Below, piece by piece: positions 1 to 11,167 of a DNA stretch of 64,000 bases. A model generated the notes under the pieces. That model saw only the letters and a list, made by a program, of their open reading frames with translations. It had not been told where the DNA came from and searched no databases. Source of the DNA: Phoronis australis (lineage: Eukaryota > Animalia > Phoronida). A program made the position numbers and the translations under genes. The stretch is taken from contig NMRA01000074.1 in assembly GCA_002633005.1 (NCBI GenBank), positions 423,275 through 487,274 on the forward strand, in the 5' to 3' direction. Numbering within the stretch: position 1 is the first letter of the stretch; each line of letters starts with the position of its first letter.

Positions 1-648
1 GATGGTTTTCCGTTTTTTGTGGTTGAGTCCGATGGTCGATGTTCTGATTTTGAAGAATATTTTAGTGTAACAGAAGCAGATCAATAACAAAGGAATTACA
101 AATCCCGTGAAAAACGCAATACTAGCTCCAATTTTATCTAATTTGATTTTACCCAAAATACATCTGTTTTGTCTCCAAACCTGTAAAATCATCAGACTTG
201 TTAGAATACAAATGGTAACAACCAATATTATGCCGACAACTTTTGTTCTTGTGAAGATGGTGTCGTATCGGTGGCTTACGCACAATTTGATGTAACGGTT
301 GAAGGCAATCAACATCAAGTCGTAGATGGACACGGAGCAACAGAACCAATTTATGACATGCAGAAGGGTACAGATGACAGGCTGATCACTCAATAAGACA
401 GTATTATCCAGCCAAGCGTTAACCATATACATAGGCATGACCCACTTCACGACCAACAGATCAGCAAGAGCAAGAACAAAAATAAAGATATTCCCGGGTT
501 TATGCTTCGCATTCTGCTTAGTCATTATGGCGCTGATTATGAGGACGTTGCCAACAAGTCCCGGAAGTATCAAAAATGGAGGCACGTACTTTTCGAACAT
601 TATCGACAACTCAGTTGCCTGTAATTGTTCCTCAGCCGTAAAATTCAT
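1..648 (-). CDS. Class A (rhodopsin-family) GPCR, melatonin-receptor-like; 3'-truncated by the window edge (TM1-TM5 and start of ICL3)
   Basis: Manual translation from ATG at 648 gives 216 open codons to position 1: MNFTAEEQ...PGLVGNVLII...GNIFIFVLALADLLV...VICTLL...SVSIYDLMLIAFNRYIKLCVSHRYDTIFT...TGFVIPLLLICFCYTKIFFKIR. It has an N-glycosylation sequon (NFT), GN in TM1, LAxAD in TM2, the TM3 Cys, NRY in place of DRY (a melatonin-receptor-group hallmark) and FxIP...CY in TM5. The ORF track omits it because there is no stop codon in the window. Confidence 0.9.
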   Translation of the reverse strand, partial: MNFTAEEQLQATELSIMFEKYVPPFLILPGLVGNVLIISAIMTKQNAKHKPGNIFIFVLALADLLVVKWVMPMYMVNAWLDNTVLLSDQPVICTLLHVINWFCCSVSIYDLMLIAFNRYIKLCVSHRYDTIFTRTKVVGIILVVTICILTSLMILQVWRQNRCILGKIKLDKIGASIAFFTGFVIPLLLICFCYTKIFFKIRTSTIGLNHKKRKTI

Positions 649-1139
649 TATATTTTACCTTGAAGAACAACTTAAATAACTTCCACTGACCACAACTTTC
701 CGATGTATCCAACACAGCTCATCCAAATCTGCTAAGCAAGCCGAAACAAAACTCCACAATTTCCAGTTTGATGACGTCTTTTGAATATATGTTACCCAGT
801 GATTGGTATCGCCACTAACATGCTGACAATGTACTAGCACGATGGTATTGACGTGATGCAGAAACACTACTGACTTCTTTTCTACGGTCTCATGGAAGTA
901 ATCTTCTTTAATTTTGTTGCATAGTGATCTATGACTGACAAGTACATTCATGTAACTTACGATACTATAATTACGTGTCGTCAGGGAGGGATCACTTTTA
1001 AGGGGAGTCGCAAGATGTTTATTGTATTTTTACGTAATAACAAAATTACTTTTCTCTCGCAATTACTGCTTCTCGCACCAAGATAAATGCCAACTCGCTA
1101 GACGAACGACGGAGTAGGGTAAAAAATCACCTTGACAAC

Positions 1140-1430
1140 ATAGATCAGCTTGTGAAATTGCACTTCCCGGCGACTTACAGCCTAAGCTACAAGGAGATTC
1201 TTGCGGCATTACATCGCAACTGTAATAACTAAAAGAACCCTGCACCGGGTGCATCGTCGTGTCGGTCTATTTCGACATGAAACCAAATTCGATCTAGTTG
1301 AGGTGGAACACTTCATCGACGAGCTGTTTCAAGAGGACAGTAATTTCTATGGGTACCGCTGGGTGCATTCACTAGGGTTTCGTCATTGCCTTACAAGACG
1401 TCAGGCTCGTTTTAAAGGTCTTGTCCTATG
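1140..1430 (+). mobile_element. Degraded N-terminal fragment of an IS3EU/IS481-like (integrase-core) DNA transposase
   Basis: Frameshifted pieces read IDQLVKLHF..LSYKEILAAL and VITKRTLHRVHRRVGLFRHETKFDLVEVEHFIDELFQEDSNFYGYRWVH. This matches the 'YF..G.SYKEIL...IS.RTL.R....GLFRR....GYRW.H' N-terminus typical of these invertebrate elements (recognised from memory). Confidence 0.6.
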
Positions 1431-2226
1431 AGAGTTGGCTCATGTTTTGGAGATGGATGCATCGTAGACAATACTTTTCTTGAGGCCCTAACTTCGTGTG
1501 TTATTTCGACAAATTTAAACAGTAAGGTTTTAGTACAAACGCTAGTTTCGATGGCTTTTCGCTTGAAACTTATTCAATCAGTGGTGACCCACGTGATCTT
1601 GCTGGATACTTAGACGTGTAGAAGCTTCAGAAACAACACAAGGCGGCGGGCTGACATGGGTTGTGTGCAAACACTTATATGGCTGTTTTCATATGGTTCT
1701 AGCACTAGTGTGTTTGTATGGTGTGTTTGTTTCTATAAAGAAGGGCTGGTTGCCTAATTTCACTGAATTAATTACCACTAATGCTCAAACATTTGAGTGA
1801 TGATGGGCAATCCTTTATAACACAATGCGGACTCGAGTCACAGGCAATGCGCACATGCACCATTTTCGATTTTGCAGGTTTAGGATTGGTCAACCTCAGC
1901 ATACTCTGAAATCTTTTTTTGTGCGGCTGATGTAGTGGTGGGAATGTTGCAATAACGTGACATAAAACCGGCGACGAGAAATTGGATTTACACACATTGG
2001 CGATCGCGAGGAGATATCTTTTCGGTTGCATGTTTATGTTTAAAATTCTTTATTACGTCCTCTAGGGTCACCCCCACAGATCACTAGCCCTGGAATGCGA
2101 ATGTATTTTACGAAAAGAAGTAAAATTTATTTCTGAGTGTTTATTCTGCAATCATAAACTTAGAAATTTAGCACCTAACAGCAAGTGTCTTTATGTGACT
2201 TTCGAAAAACTATCGTATTTACGCTA

Positions 2227-2289
2227 AGCAGCAGCAGCAGCGCAGCAGCAGTAACAGCAGCACCAGCTGAAGCACAGCAGCAGCAGCAT

Positions 2290-2361
<72 letters not shown>
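2227..2361. repeat. (CAG)n/(CAT)n trinucleotide microsatellite
   Basis: Directly visible run of CAG units with a short CAT interruption. Confidence 0.95.
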
Positions 2362-2362
<1 letters not shown>

Positions 2363-2986
2363 TTTGAGCAAGTTGTACTCGTGTATTCTATATTATCGAA
2401 CGTTTTCTACGTGTTTAGCTTCATGGAAGCCCCGTGTTTCTGTCATGCTATAAAGCTGGCAACAATTTATAATGAAATGGCTTCCACCATGACGACATCA
2501 ACAAATCGATGAATTGTCACGTGTTACTTTTCAGAACGAAGTGCTTTTGGTGCATTTTCGATAAGTCCTTTTGAGTCTTCGTGGGGACCCCTGGCCCACA
2601 AATTAAACAGTGCAACAGACAGTAAAAGCACACATACACTTACCACACCTAGGTCTTCCCCAACAGTTTGCATTTCTGCACAGAGGCGGCACCTCAAGCT
2701 ATAGCCTAATAGTTAAACCCGTTGTTTTGCGGCACTTGTCGGGTTTTATCAGTTTCATAACCAAGCTGGTGCAGATTTTAGGCACACAGTTTCTTCTCAT
2801 TTATCCCATTTGTCTCCTCCTTTGTCTATTCATTTTCAAGGTTGGTGGCAGTACGACCGTTGATGAGTCCTGCGCGTGCATGAGTACAGTAAATCTATGG
2901 GATTGATTGTGAATTCATAAACTGTGCAAGCAAATTCATTGTGAGCTTAACTCCTTACTAATTCAAAACATTGATTCGTCTTCCAG

Positions 2987-3331
2987 TTATGTAACATGGT
3001 AAGCTAGCATAGTCCTTGGGGTTATAAAACCATTTCTGCGAACATTTAGAGGGACATTTTTGCTCTGAAGCTTTTCGACGTCACTTTTCGATGCTTCTCC
3101 GTCTCTGTTTTCCCCAGTTGATCCCATATTACCTAGACCTGATGTTTCATGGACTCTGTTTCCCTCAGAACCAACATTTTTTCCCAAGCCCGATGTTCCA
3201 ATGCCAAGAATTGAACGATGACGCTTGGCTTACCTCAAAATCCAACTGCTACCTAGTGGCTTTGTAAGTGTCCCAATTATGTTGACCCCGGTAGAATTAG
3301 TGAGAAGTAGAACAATGACAACATTGTTCAT
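2987..3331 (-). pseudogene. Possible disrupted small secreted-protein ORF, or isolated exon
   Basis: Reads MNNVVIVLLLTNSTGVNIIGTLTKPLGSSWILR*AKRHRSILGIGTSGLGKNVGSEGNRVHETSGLGNMGSTGENRDGE...HVT*. There is one in-frame TAA, lying inside a GAG|GTAAGC donor-like site, and an internal TSGLG..GS..NR repeat whose TSGLG codons differ only synonymously. Confidence 0.3.
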
Positions 3332-3400
3332 ACGTTTAAAGTTGTAAAAGTCGCATTTTTCGTGCTATTTTCAAAATTTGAAAACCTGATCACGGTATCT

Positions 3401-3845
3401 TGTCACGAACTATTCAAATATGTTATTTTGAAAATTCAAAAATATCATTGTCGCCCCAAGTGTGTTTATGCTGGGTCAGATTGTCTAGATAATGATAATA
3501 TAAGCTGCCTGTGGTGTCCAGAGGGGATGTAGCTGCCTATAACTGTGTTAGGACATATGTCGAGTCAGAATATCATTTTGTTATCGAATGCCCATGCTAC
3601 GATGACCTAAGGAAACGATATTTGCCTGCATGGAGCTACAACAACCCCAATGTTACAAAATTCAACAGACTCATGACTATGGAGGAAAAAGATCTTATAT
3701 GGTCAACATGTATATATGTTCATTTTGCATTCAAGCGAAGAAGAATTCGGTTTACTTCTAGTGTTTGACACTTACCTTTATTGTATTTGATGATTTGATT
3801 GTAACAAGGGCCGGAGTCCTAGTTATTGAATAAATAAATAAATAA

Positions 3846-3923
<78 letters not shown>

Positions 3924-4962
3924 AATATAACTGAATGGTGTCTTTGATCAATGAAGCAGATTTCGAGGTCAATACACAAACCGCTCAAGATGCCTAATCT
4001 CGACCGGTGAAGGTGTCAACGTAGGATTATTTTCATGCTCTGGGCTCGAAATGTTCAATGTTCCCAAGTGTCGAGAGTAGGATGACACTAGTTTTAGTTC
4101 TGTAGATTTTATTTCACTGATTTATTTATTTACTAATAGATAACACTTGATTGACGTGACCCGTGGTGTCAGGCTTCTGACGTAATTTGTTTACGATAGA
4201 GTACTAGAGAACACTCCAGGAGAATGTTTTATTTGGACAGGTTAGTGGTGACGTAAATTGTTTACAATAGAAAACCGGCTGAAGGGCATTCTATAAGATG
4301 GTTCCATGAAAAAAGTAATTAGAAAACAAATCCTTAGTGTGGAACACCCTACTAGAGCCTAGTTTATATTTATAGAAATTCGCAAAGTTCTAGAAAATGT
4401 TTATTGGGTGAAAAGTTCCGGCGACAACTGTAGATGCTATGGCACGGATTAGTTCGACTTCCGGGTAGAAATTTTGTTACAGAATCAGCAAATACAGCGT
4501 TGGTCAATAGAGGGCCAGCTATGGAGACAGCAGGTTATTGAATCAACGATTGTAACAGTTGTTAGGAGCCCGGGGTCACTCATATTGACAAGGTGCCCGC
4601 AGGTGTGTACCAAAATTTGCTGAGAGACCCCCTGTTGCGGGTGCCAGGTCTGCGGGGGTAGATTTTTCTGTAGGAAGACAGCCAATGCGTCTTGTACGGG
4701 GTAGAAGGCAAGGGCCTTTTATACTGGGACAAAATGGAAATTGAGGGACCTATTGTACCCCGTGCGGGTCCACAGTTCAAGGCTTTGCAGCACTGGTTGG
4801 ACTATACAGCAGGCATTACGTCGGACGTTTCGTTTGAGTAGACTTAGCCTATAAATATACGGTCAAGTTTAGTGAACTCAAACCAGTGTTCAGTCTCACC
4901 GAAAGCTATTACACTGTAGCACTGGTCAGTAACAACCTGCACCCACGGTGTAAAACGTGACA
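3401..4962 (-). mobile_element. Probable solo LTR (TGTCACG...CGTGACA ends) containing a nested LINE fragment
   Basis: 7-bp inverted termini TGTCACG (3401) and CGTGACA (4956-4962). A minus-strand TATAAAA lies near 4716-4722, with minus-strand AATAAA motifs downstream. No clean TSD. Confidence 0.4.
3556..3920 (+). mobile_element. 5'-truncated non-LTR retrotransposon (LINE) 3' end with (TAAA)n/(TA)n tail
   Basis: YVESEYHFVIECPCYDDLRKRYL matches the E-x-E-x-H-F-x-x-x-C-P-x-Y-x-x-L-R Cys/His C-terminal motif of LINE ORF2. It is followed by a stop, a short UTR and a simple-repeat tail at 3829-3920. Confidence 0.75.
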
Positions 4963-5365
4963 CTTCTCTGGTCTGACATGCCACGAATAGATAAAATGTA
5001 TTATCTTCTTTCTAGCGCTCTCTGTAGGTTCCTATGGAAGCCATTGTGTGTGTTGATTGGTCATTGTGGCGTCGACAAACCTTATGTGCAAGAGTAAAAT
5101 TAGGACTATTATTTCAGGGGCTCATTAAATCCTCATCAACCGAACCAATCTAATTGAAACTTCATGGTAGGTCTGCCAGTGAGGCCTGCTGCGCATAGCT
5201 AATGATGACCTTTGCTACAGGCAGGAGACTACTTTCAAACTAAAGTTATCACACCAGATTAAGTTAATTATTCGGTGAAAACTTGTTTTCGGTACACATA
5301 ACCTATACAAGCCTTAATATGTTCGCTATTTCAACATTCACTCGCAATGTCAACTTGGCGCACTT

Positions 5366-7589
5366 TCACTCAAGCAAGAAAGACTTGCAGAACACACACC
5401 TTGTGTTGCTCTGGATAAAGCGCTTGACAACCAGTGTCGTGTCTAGTCTTTTCGTTGTTTCATAATGCATGGCCATCAGTGATAACCCAGCAAGCCGTTC
5501 CTCAGACATAGTAGCCCTCAAATGTGTCTTCACACGCCCGAGCACAGAAAGTGATCTCTTTGCCTCACAGGATCCAATAGGGGATAAGCATGCTATCAAT
5601 AACAGCTCCCTGACGTTTGAGAAGATGTCGTCGTCTGCGTGCTTGATGAGTGTGGAACGCAAATTATCATCCTCTTGACTTTGAGCATTCCAGAAGGACC
5701 GCCAGCGTCGGAGTTATTGCTGAAATGAGAACAAAAGATATTGATACTTTTTATGTTTTTACTATTATATAGGGCAATCGGTAATTTAACAGAATACGCA
5801 GAATGTTTCTCAAAAAGCCGATAGTCAGAAAGGAGTCAATCACCTTCAAGTTCAGGGAATCTGGTGATGGCAAGTCTATATCCTAAAAATGCAACCGATC
5901 CTCCACTGAGTGTAAGCCTACATGCTTCATCCTGCTAACCACTAATGGCGCAAAAATCATGACAGCTTCCATCTGCCTCTTGTTTTTCGAAAACCATGGT
6001 GGTCAGCTGATGTGGGAGGTTGTCTAGGAAAGGTATTCCCACTGTTCTACTGTAGTACTTACTGGAAGAAACAAGTATTGACTACACATTTAACCACGCA
6101 CTACGTGAATTAGATTTTGGTTATGAATCAGATAAACAGCCAAGTGGAAATACAAACTAGAATCAGTTTCTGTGCGCTCGTAGACCCTCTGCTTCACTGG
6201 GTAAATTTGGCATGTCCGAAAATAATTTCTATTTCGTTTGCATTGTACACAAGCATCAAAGAAACAGTATGTCAAAAAATCGACATTATGTACAAACTGT
6301 GCAGAATTATAATTTATTACCTGGGTGTTTCTTCAGGAATGTTAGCCCTATGCTTCTGTTGTCTGGACTGCTGAGGAATCCAATGGTTTGTGCGTCTTGG
6401 AACCATTCAACACAGACATCTTCGATGTTTGTTTCCAGTGCTTGCACTTCATCAACTGCTAATCAATGAGCTTGTAAGCCTCTACAATGTCAGCATCTTG
6501 TTTGACATCTTGGAACTAAGCCACTTGAGGTTGTGACGTCCATTCAAAAGGGTTACAAGCCAACTATACTATTTGATCCGTTCATGGTATACTGCGACAA
6601 ACCCTGAGCTTTTGTCAAAGACAGTGTATCCCAAAACCAACTTGCATCTCTTGCAATTTTTGGAATAAACGTCCCAATGTTTGAACACTTGAAACCCGAA
6701 GTTGTAACATCAAATACACGCCCATATGCATGGGCGTTTCATCGGGTGGGACTTTCTGCGGGAGACGGTCAATGGTGACAACGGAACCAGGGCTCCTTGG
6801 GAGGCTTATTGAACACCGCGCGTGTCCCGCAAGACTTTGCTGAGAAAGTACAATCTACCCACAATTTATGGTGCTGTACCTGTTCGCGAATGTGGTTACA
6901 TTGTCAATGTGAGTGCCACCCCCCACGGGTTGTGCTAGGGTACATCTTGAAGTGGACTCGCGACCAGACCACAGCTCCCGCCATAACAGCAATTGTTCGG
7001 AAAACGAGATAATCGTTTTATAAAATAAACACATTACATGTACACCGTATGATTATTGCGCAAGACAACTTTATTATACATCACTCAAATTCAAGTTACA
7101 AACGTGTGGAGTGTAATAGCATGACAAGGCATTACAGATGAGGTAAAAGGTTACGCGTCTATTCGCCTGAATATCAGGGTTGTGGTACCACAATGTTTTC
7201 CCTAATCAAATCAAACACATCTTAGAGTAAAGACACAAGTTACCTAAAAAGCTATAGATCTGCTTTTTCCGCGGTGGATCCATCTTAAGTTCTTGGCCAC
7301 TTCAGAAGTACCGACGGAAGCGCGAGCACTACCCGCGACTTGCCAACGAGCTACGAAAACTCGAAATGCGTTGCTCTTCGTGATTACAGCAAATCACAAC
7401 GCAAAGAAATTATGTTTTCAGGGTTAACTGTCCTCAATTTTTTCGAGGTGATTTATTTGGAGTTAAAACACGCTGGCGGTGTCGTTTTTGTTTTGCTGGC
7501 GACGTTTTTTAAATGTTTTATTTTTTGGTCCTGTCCCAGGGGGGACGGGAGTTAAACCCCCTGAAGCCCCCCGTATAGATACCCCACTG
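5366..7589 (-). mobile_element. Decayed hAT-superfamily DNA transposon (P52rIPK/ZMYM1-type transposase remnant)
   Basis: 5366-5662 encodes the hAT C-terminal dimerisation motif (LLLIACLSPIGSCEAKRSLSVLGRVKTHLRATMSEERLAGLSLMAMH). Further disrupted coding pieces extend to about 6750. A candidate first exon MDPPRKKQIYSFL|gtaac lies at about 7243-7282, and a GC-rich CAGTGGGG.. terminus on the minus strand ends at 7589. The other terminus was not found. Confidence 0.8.
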
Positions 7590-8965
7590 ATCTATGAATG
7601 CTACAAATTAATTACGAATTTCTGAATCTATACTATACGATTTAATCAATGCAGTGCATTAATAAATCCAAATAATGCAGCGAATTAATGAATATGTAAG
7701 CAACTGCAAATAATGAATCCATGAAATGGGGGTGAATTATTGAATCGTGACGATGTTACAAGAGATTTCGTAATATCGAGGGAATCTATTAATATGTAAC
7801 ATGCTATTGAAAAAAGAAATATCGTAATTACGACAAATACGTATAGGCTTGATTTTCGAAATAATTGTGCCATATTGAATTTCACTATCCCGCCAAACAG
7901 AGATCAAGGTAGAGTTTAATACCTGTGTCCCGGTGAGAAAATCTAGCAGTGCGAACTGTACTAAATTGTAAAAATTACATGGAAAGTTGACAGATATGTA
8001 ACAAAAACGCCAGTTTATCCGTCAATTTTTTGTGGGACCACGACCCCTAAGATAAATCTCTGTTCACGAGTCAATACTGACGAAAGACCTGCAGTGTACC
8101 TAACTTCGTCGTAGACCCCATGCGGTTTAGTATTTGAAAGTACCTATTCATATGCAATTCCTACTCTGCAGAATAACATGTGACCCGATTTTCCTTTGAA
8201 AACGCTCGGTATTCAGTTTCTTTAAGAGGCGGGTTTATTGATCTGGATTGTGTAACGACGTGGTTATCTGGTTGTTGCACTTCGATGGCTTGTTTGAATT
8301 TGAAATTTTCTTCTTCAGCAGTTGTAAGTTTTATAATTAATTCAGATATACCTCAAATATTTATTGATACAACGGTCTCTACTGAAGTGTTCGTAGTTTA
8401 TTGGAAAGTGCAATAACCCCTTCCAAGAAGTCAATAGAATGACCAATTGAATTGTCGGGACGGCCTGCTGTGTCAGATTGGGGCCATTTCCTTGAGGGCG
8501 CACACCGGGATGCAATGGTGTCTCACCTGATCCATGAAAGACGAAACAGTTATTAATCACATTTTGGTCTGGCTGATACTTGCTACTAGTTCTTCACCAG
8601 TGTCAACTGTTTGGCGTACAGTTCCTTGTATTACGTGTACATTGGCTGGCTGTATTTTAGTTGTACTCTGGGTTGTACTCATGTATTAGTCTTTGGGTCG
8701 TGATGACTCACATTTATTTAAATGGGTAGATCTATCCATCTATCAAATGTATTACCATTCGTTTGAATTAGGCGTTTGTTACTTGACTTGCTGGTACAAT
8801 CGAGTTGACTTCAATTAACTATTGCACAAACATACTAACTGGAGCCCTAAATATATTAAGAAAGAATGGATAAACCGACACGTGTGACGTTCATGGTCAC
8901 AAAATGCATGCTGAGTGGTACGTCTGTTAACTGAATTCCTCTGCAGACGTCACAACAAATGGGAG

Positions 8966-9779
8966 GGAAGCATTGTGTTCCCGTATTGCTGTGCGTCCCG
9001 GATTCTTTGTGTCTGGTTCTATGTGTCCCGGGTTCTATGTGTCCCGTGTTCTATGTGTGCTCGTTTTGTGGATTTCGGGTTCTGTGTTCCCCGGGTTCTA
9101 TATGTAACGGGTTCTGTGTGTCTTGTGTTCTACGTGTCCTTGTCTGTTGCGTTACAGTCCAGGCGCTAAGCGGACGAGTGTGCAAGTTTTAGCTATACAA
9201 TCGCCATTTTAGGCCCACGTGACAATTTTTTCGTGCTTTTCCGATCTCGATGGGGCAAAAAATTTGACAAGTAATAAAGTAACGTGTTGTTTTTATGCAC
9301 CCTCCTCATCGTCGTTGTCAGATCAAGCAATGCCCCTTGGAATTTTTTAATGCAAGCTCACTTGTTGGAAATGCGCCTTTAGTTTGTGAGATTTTGGCTA
9401 GGTCGCAAAGGGCGATGTTATGTTGATTTTCGTGGCTGGTTGAGTGCTGACCAGAGGTCGCAAAGGGCGATGTTATGTTGATTTTCGTGGCTGGTTGAGT
9501 GCTGACCAGAGACAAATCGAGCCCGGTGTGAAAGTACCCATTGTCCCCAAATTGCGCGGCATGCGTGTGTTTGACTTAAGCATCCGGGTAACTACCATAT
9601 CGGCACACTACCACCCAGAACATATAAAACCCCGTCCGATGCACAGAAAAATGTTGGACATATAGAACCCGGGACACACAGGACCCCGAAATGCACAAAA
9701 CGGACACATAAAACACAAGAGACATGACTCGGGACACATCGGGATAACCCCCAGTAGATAGAGCAAAACAACGGTTTCC
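8966..9779. mobile_element. Non-autonomous element with inverted subterminal arrays of a ~15-16-bp unit (GTCCCGGGTTCTATGT)
   Basis: Degenerate tandem units on + at 8990-9140 are mirrored on - at 9615-9745, with weak GGAA.. / ..TTCC ends. There is an internal perfect 55-bp tandem duplication at 9401-9455/9456-9510. Confidence 0.6.
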
Positions 9780-10920
9780 GTTATTTATTACCGTGACTGT
9801 CGTGGTAGGGACACAATTTTTCACTGAATTAATGGAAAACAATAGTTCATTTGTCGATTGTGAGTACATTTCATTAACGCACGTTTTGTTTTATTTACAC
9901 GCCATAATCATACCTATACACCAAAAACGACACGCGGAAACCCACGGAACCTAATTGGAGGAACGATGGAACACGAAAACTAAGAAGGTAATCTAACGTT
10001 GCCTGCGTGTCTTACTGCATTAACATAAACACGACACAGCTCGATACTGTGAATGTTCACAAGTTCGAAAGCCCTTAATACGACAAATGAGATTATTTTT
10101 AAAAAGGCCGAAAGTTCTCAAATCCGACAGAAAGAAAAGCTAGTTGGTACGGAACTAGTCCAATGGTGTATGATACCAGAAACCAGTGATTCAAAGTCAT
10201 CGACAGCCGATTATCAAAATTTTGGTGGCAATAAACTACAATTTGAAAATGTAAACTAAAAGTAAATACGGCAGCTCAGTTCATATTGCCTAACTTTATT
10301 TGGATCTTTTTTTAGAGGCATAGACTCTTCGAAGAACTAGTATCAAACAGGCGCGTATATTATTCCTGAACGTTTTTCGCAAAATCACTGTTCAGAACCT
10401 AGTGTCAGGAATTAGTTTTTCATAGATTTTCGGAATTGTGTGGATCGTCAGCTTTATAGATTTTTAGACATGCAAACCTTCTGACCCATGAAAAAATATC
10501 ATCAACTCCGTCCCCGCACTTGATGACTTGTAGTTTTCAATTCAGGTCATATAGGGTTCATCGCTTCTAGGGGATAGATTTCCTTTTCACCTTACAGATT
10601 TTTAGCGACTTGGCCATTCGTCGAACCAGTGAACTTCGGCTAACTAGTATACCATTACCATACCGGACCTGACGTCGCGAGCAGTTACTGTGTAACAAAG
10701 ATGCTGCAGGACCACTGACACGAATGACACCAGAGCCAAAGATACGGTGTCGTTCAGCTGTAAACATCTTCAGTTGACAGTTACCGGTTTCAACTACATG
10801 TGTGTATTCATTTGAGTCATCACAACTTGACCAATCGCTTGTTCGGATTTGGAAAAGCGAAGTGAAAACTCTACTCGCCAGTCAATCAGGAATACGTCTT
10901 TATTCATGTACACGGTTTCA

Positions 10921-11080
10921 CAGCAGGCGTGTGTTCAGTAGACGCTAGGACCTACGCTAGGACCTAGCTAAACCCTAGTCAAAGTCACGTGTTCTCATTT
11001 AAAATACACGGCAATATCTCACGTAATCTCGCGAAGTCTTGCTTTTTAGCGAGGTCCTAGCGTTACTGAACGGGAGGCTG
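10921..11080. mobile_element. ~160-bp MITE, copy 1 (TIR GTTCAGTA.ACGCTAGGACCT), flanked by 6-bp direct repeat GTTTCA
   Basis: Internal inverted repeats. GTTTCA occurs at 10915-10920 and 11081-11086. A near-identical inverted copy lies at 13156-13300. Confidence 0.75.
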
Positions 11081-11100
11081 GTTTCATGGCACAGTCTCTC

Positions 11101-11167
11101 ACTCAATTACCCGTCTTCCGCTTCGCGGTTTTCCAAAAACCGCGAAGCGGAAGACGGGTAATTGAGT
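11101..11167. repeat. Perfect 32-bp inverted repeat with 3-nt loop
   Basis: ACTCAATTACCCGTCTTCCGCTTCGCGGTTTT-CCA-AAAACCGCGAAGCGGAAGACGGGTAATTGAGT. Confidence 0.95.

Noticed and set aside
2185-2367. Poly-Q/poly-H ORF
   Set aside because: It is a translation of a CAG/CAT microsatellite, with no ATG start, no splice context and no flanking coding signal.
7685-7885. ORF resembling a type II membrane anchor (FRKSSLYVFVVITIFLFSIACYILI)
   Set aside because: Short, AT-rich (hydrophobic by composition), with no downstream exon or domain identified. Cannot be supported.
8150-8682. Minus-strand coding-looking stretch
   Set aside because: Multiple stops and frameshifts, and no recognisable family.
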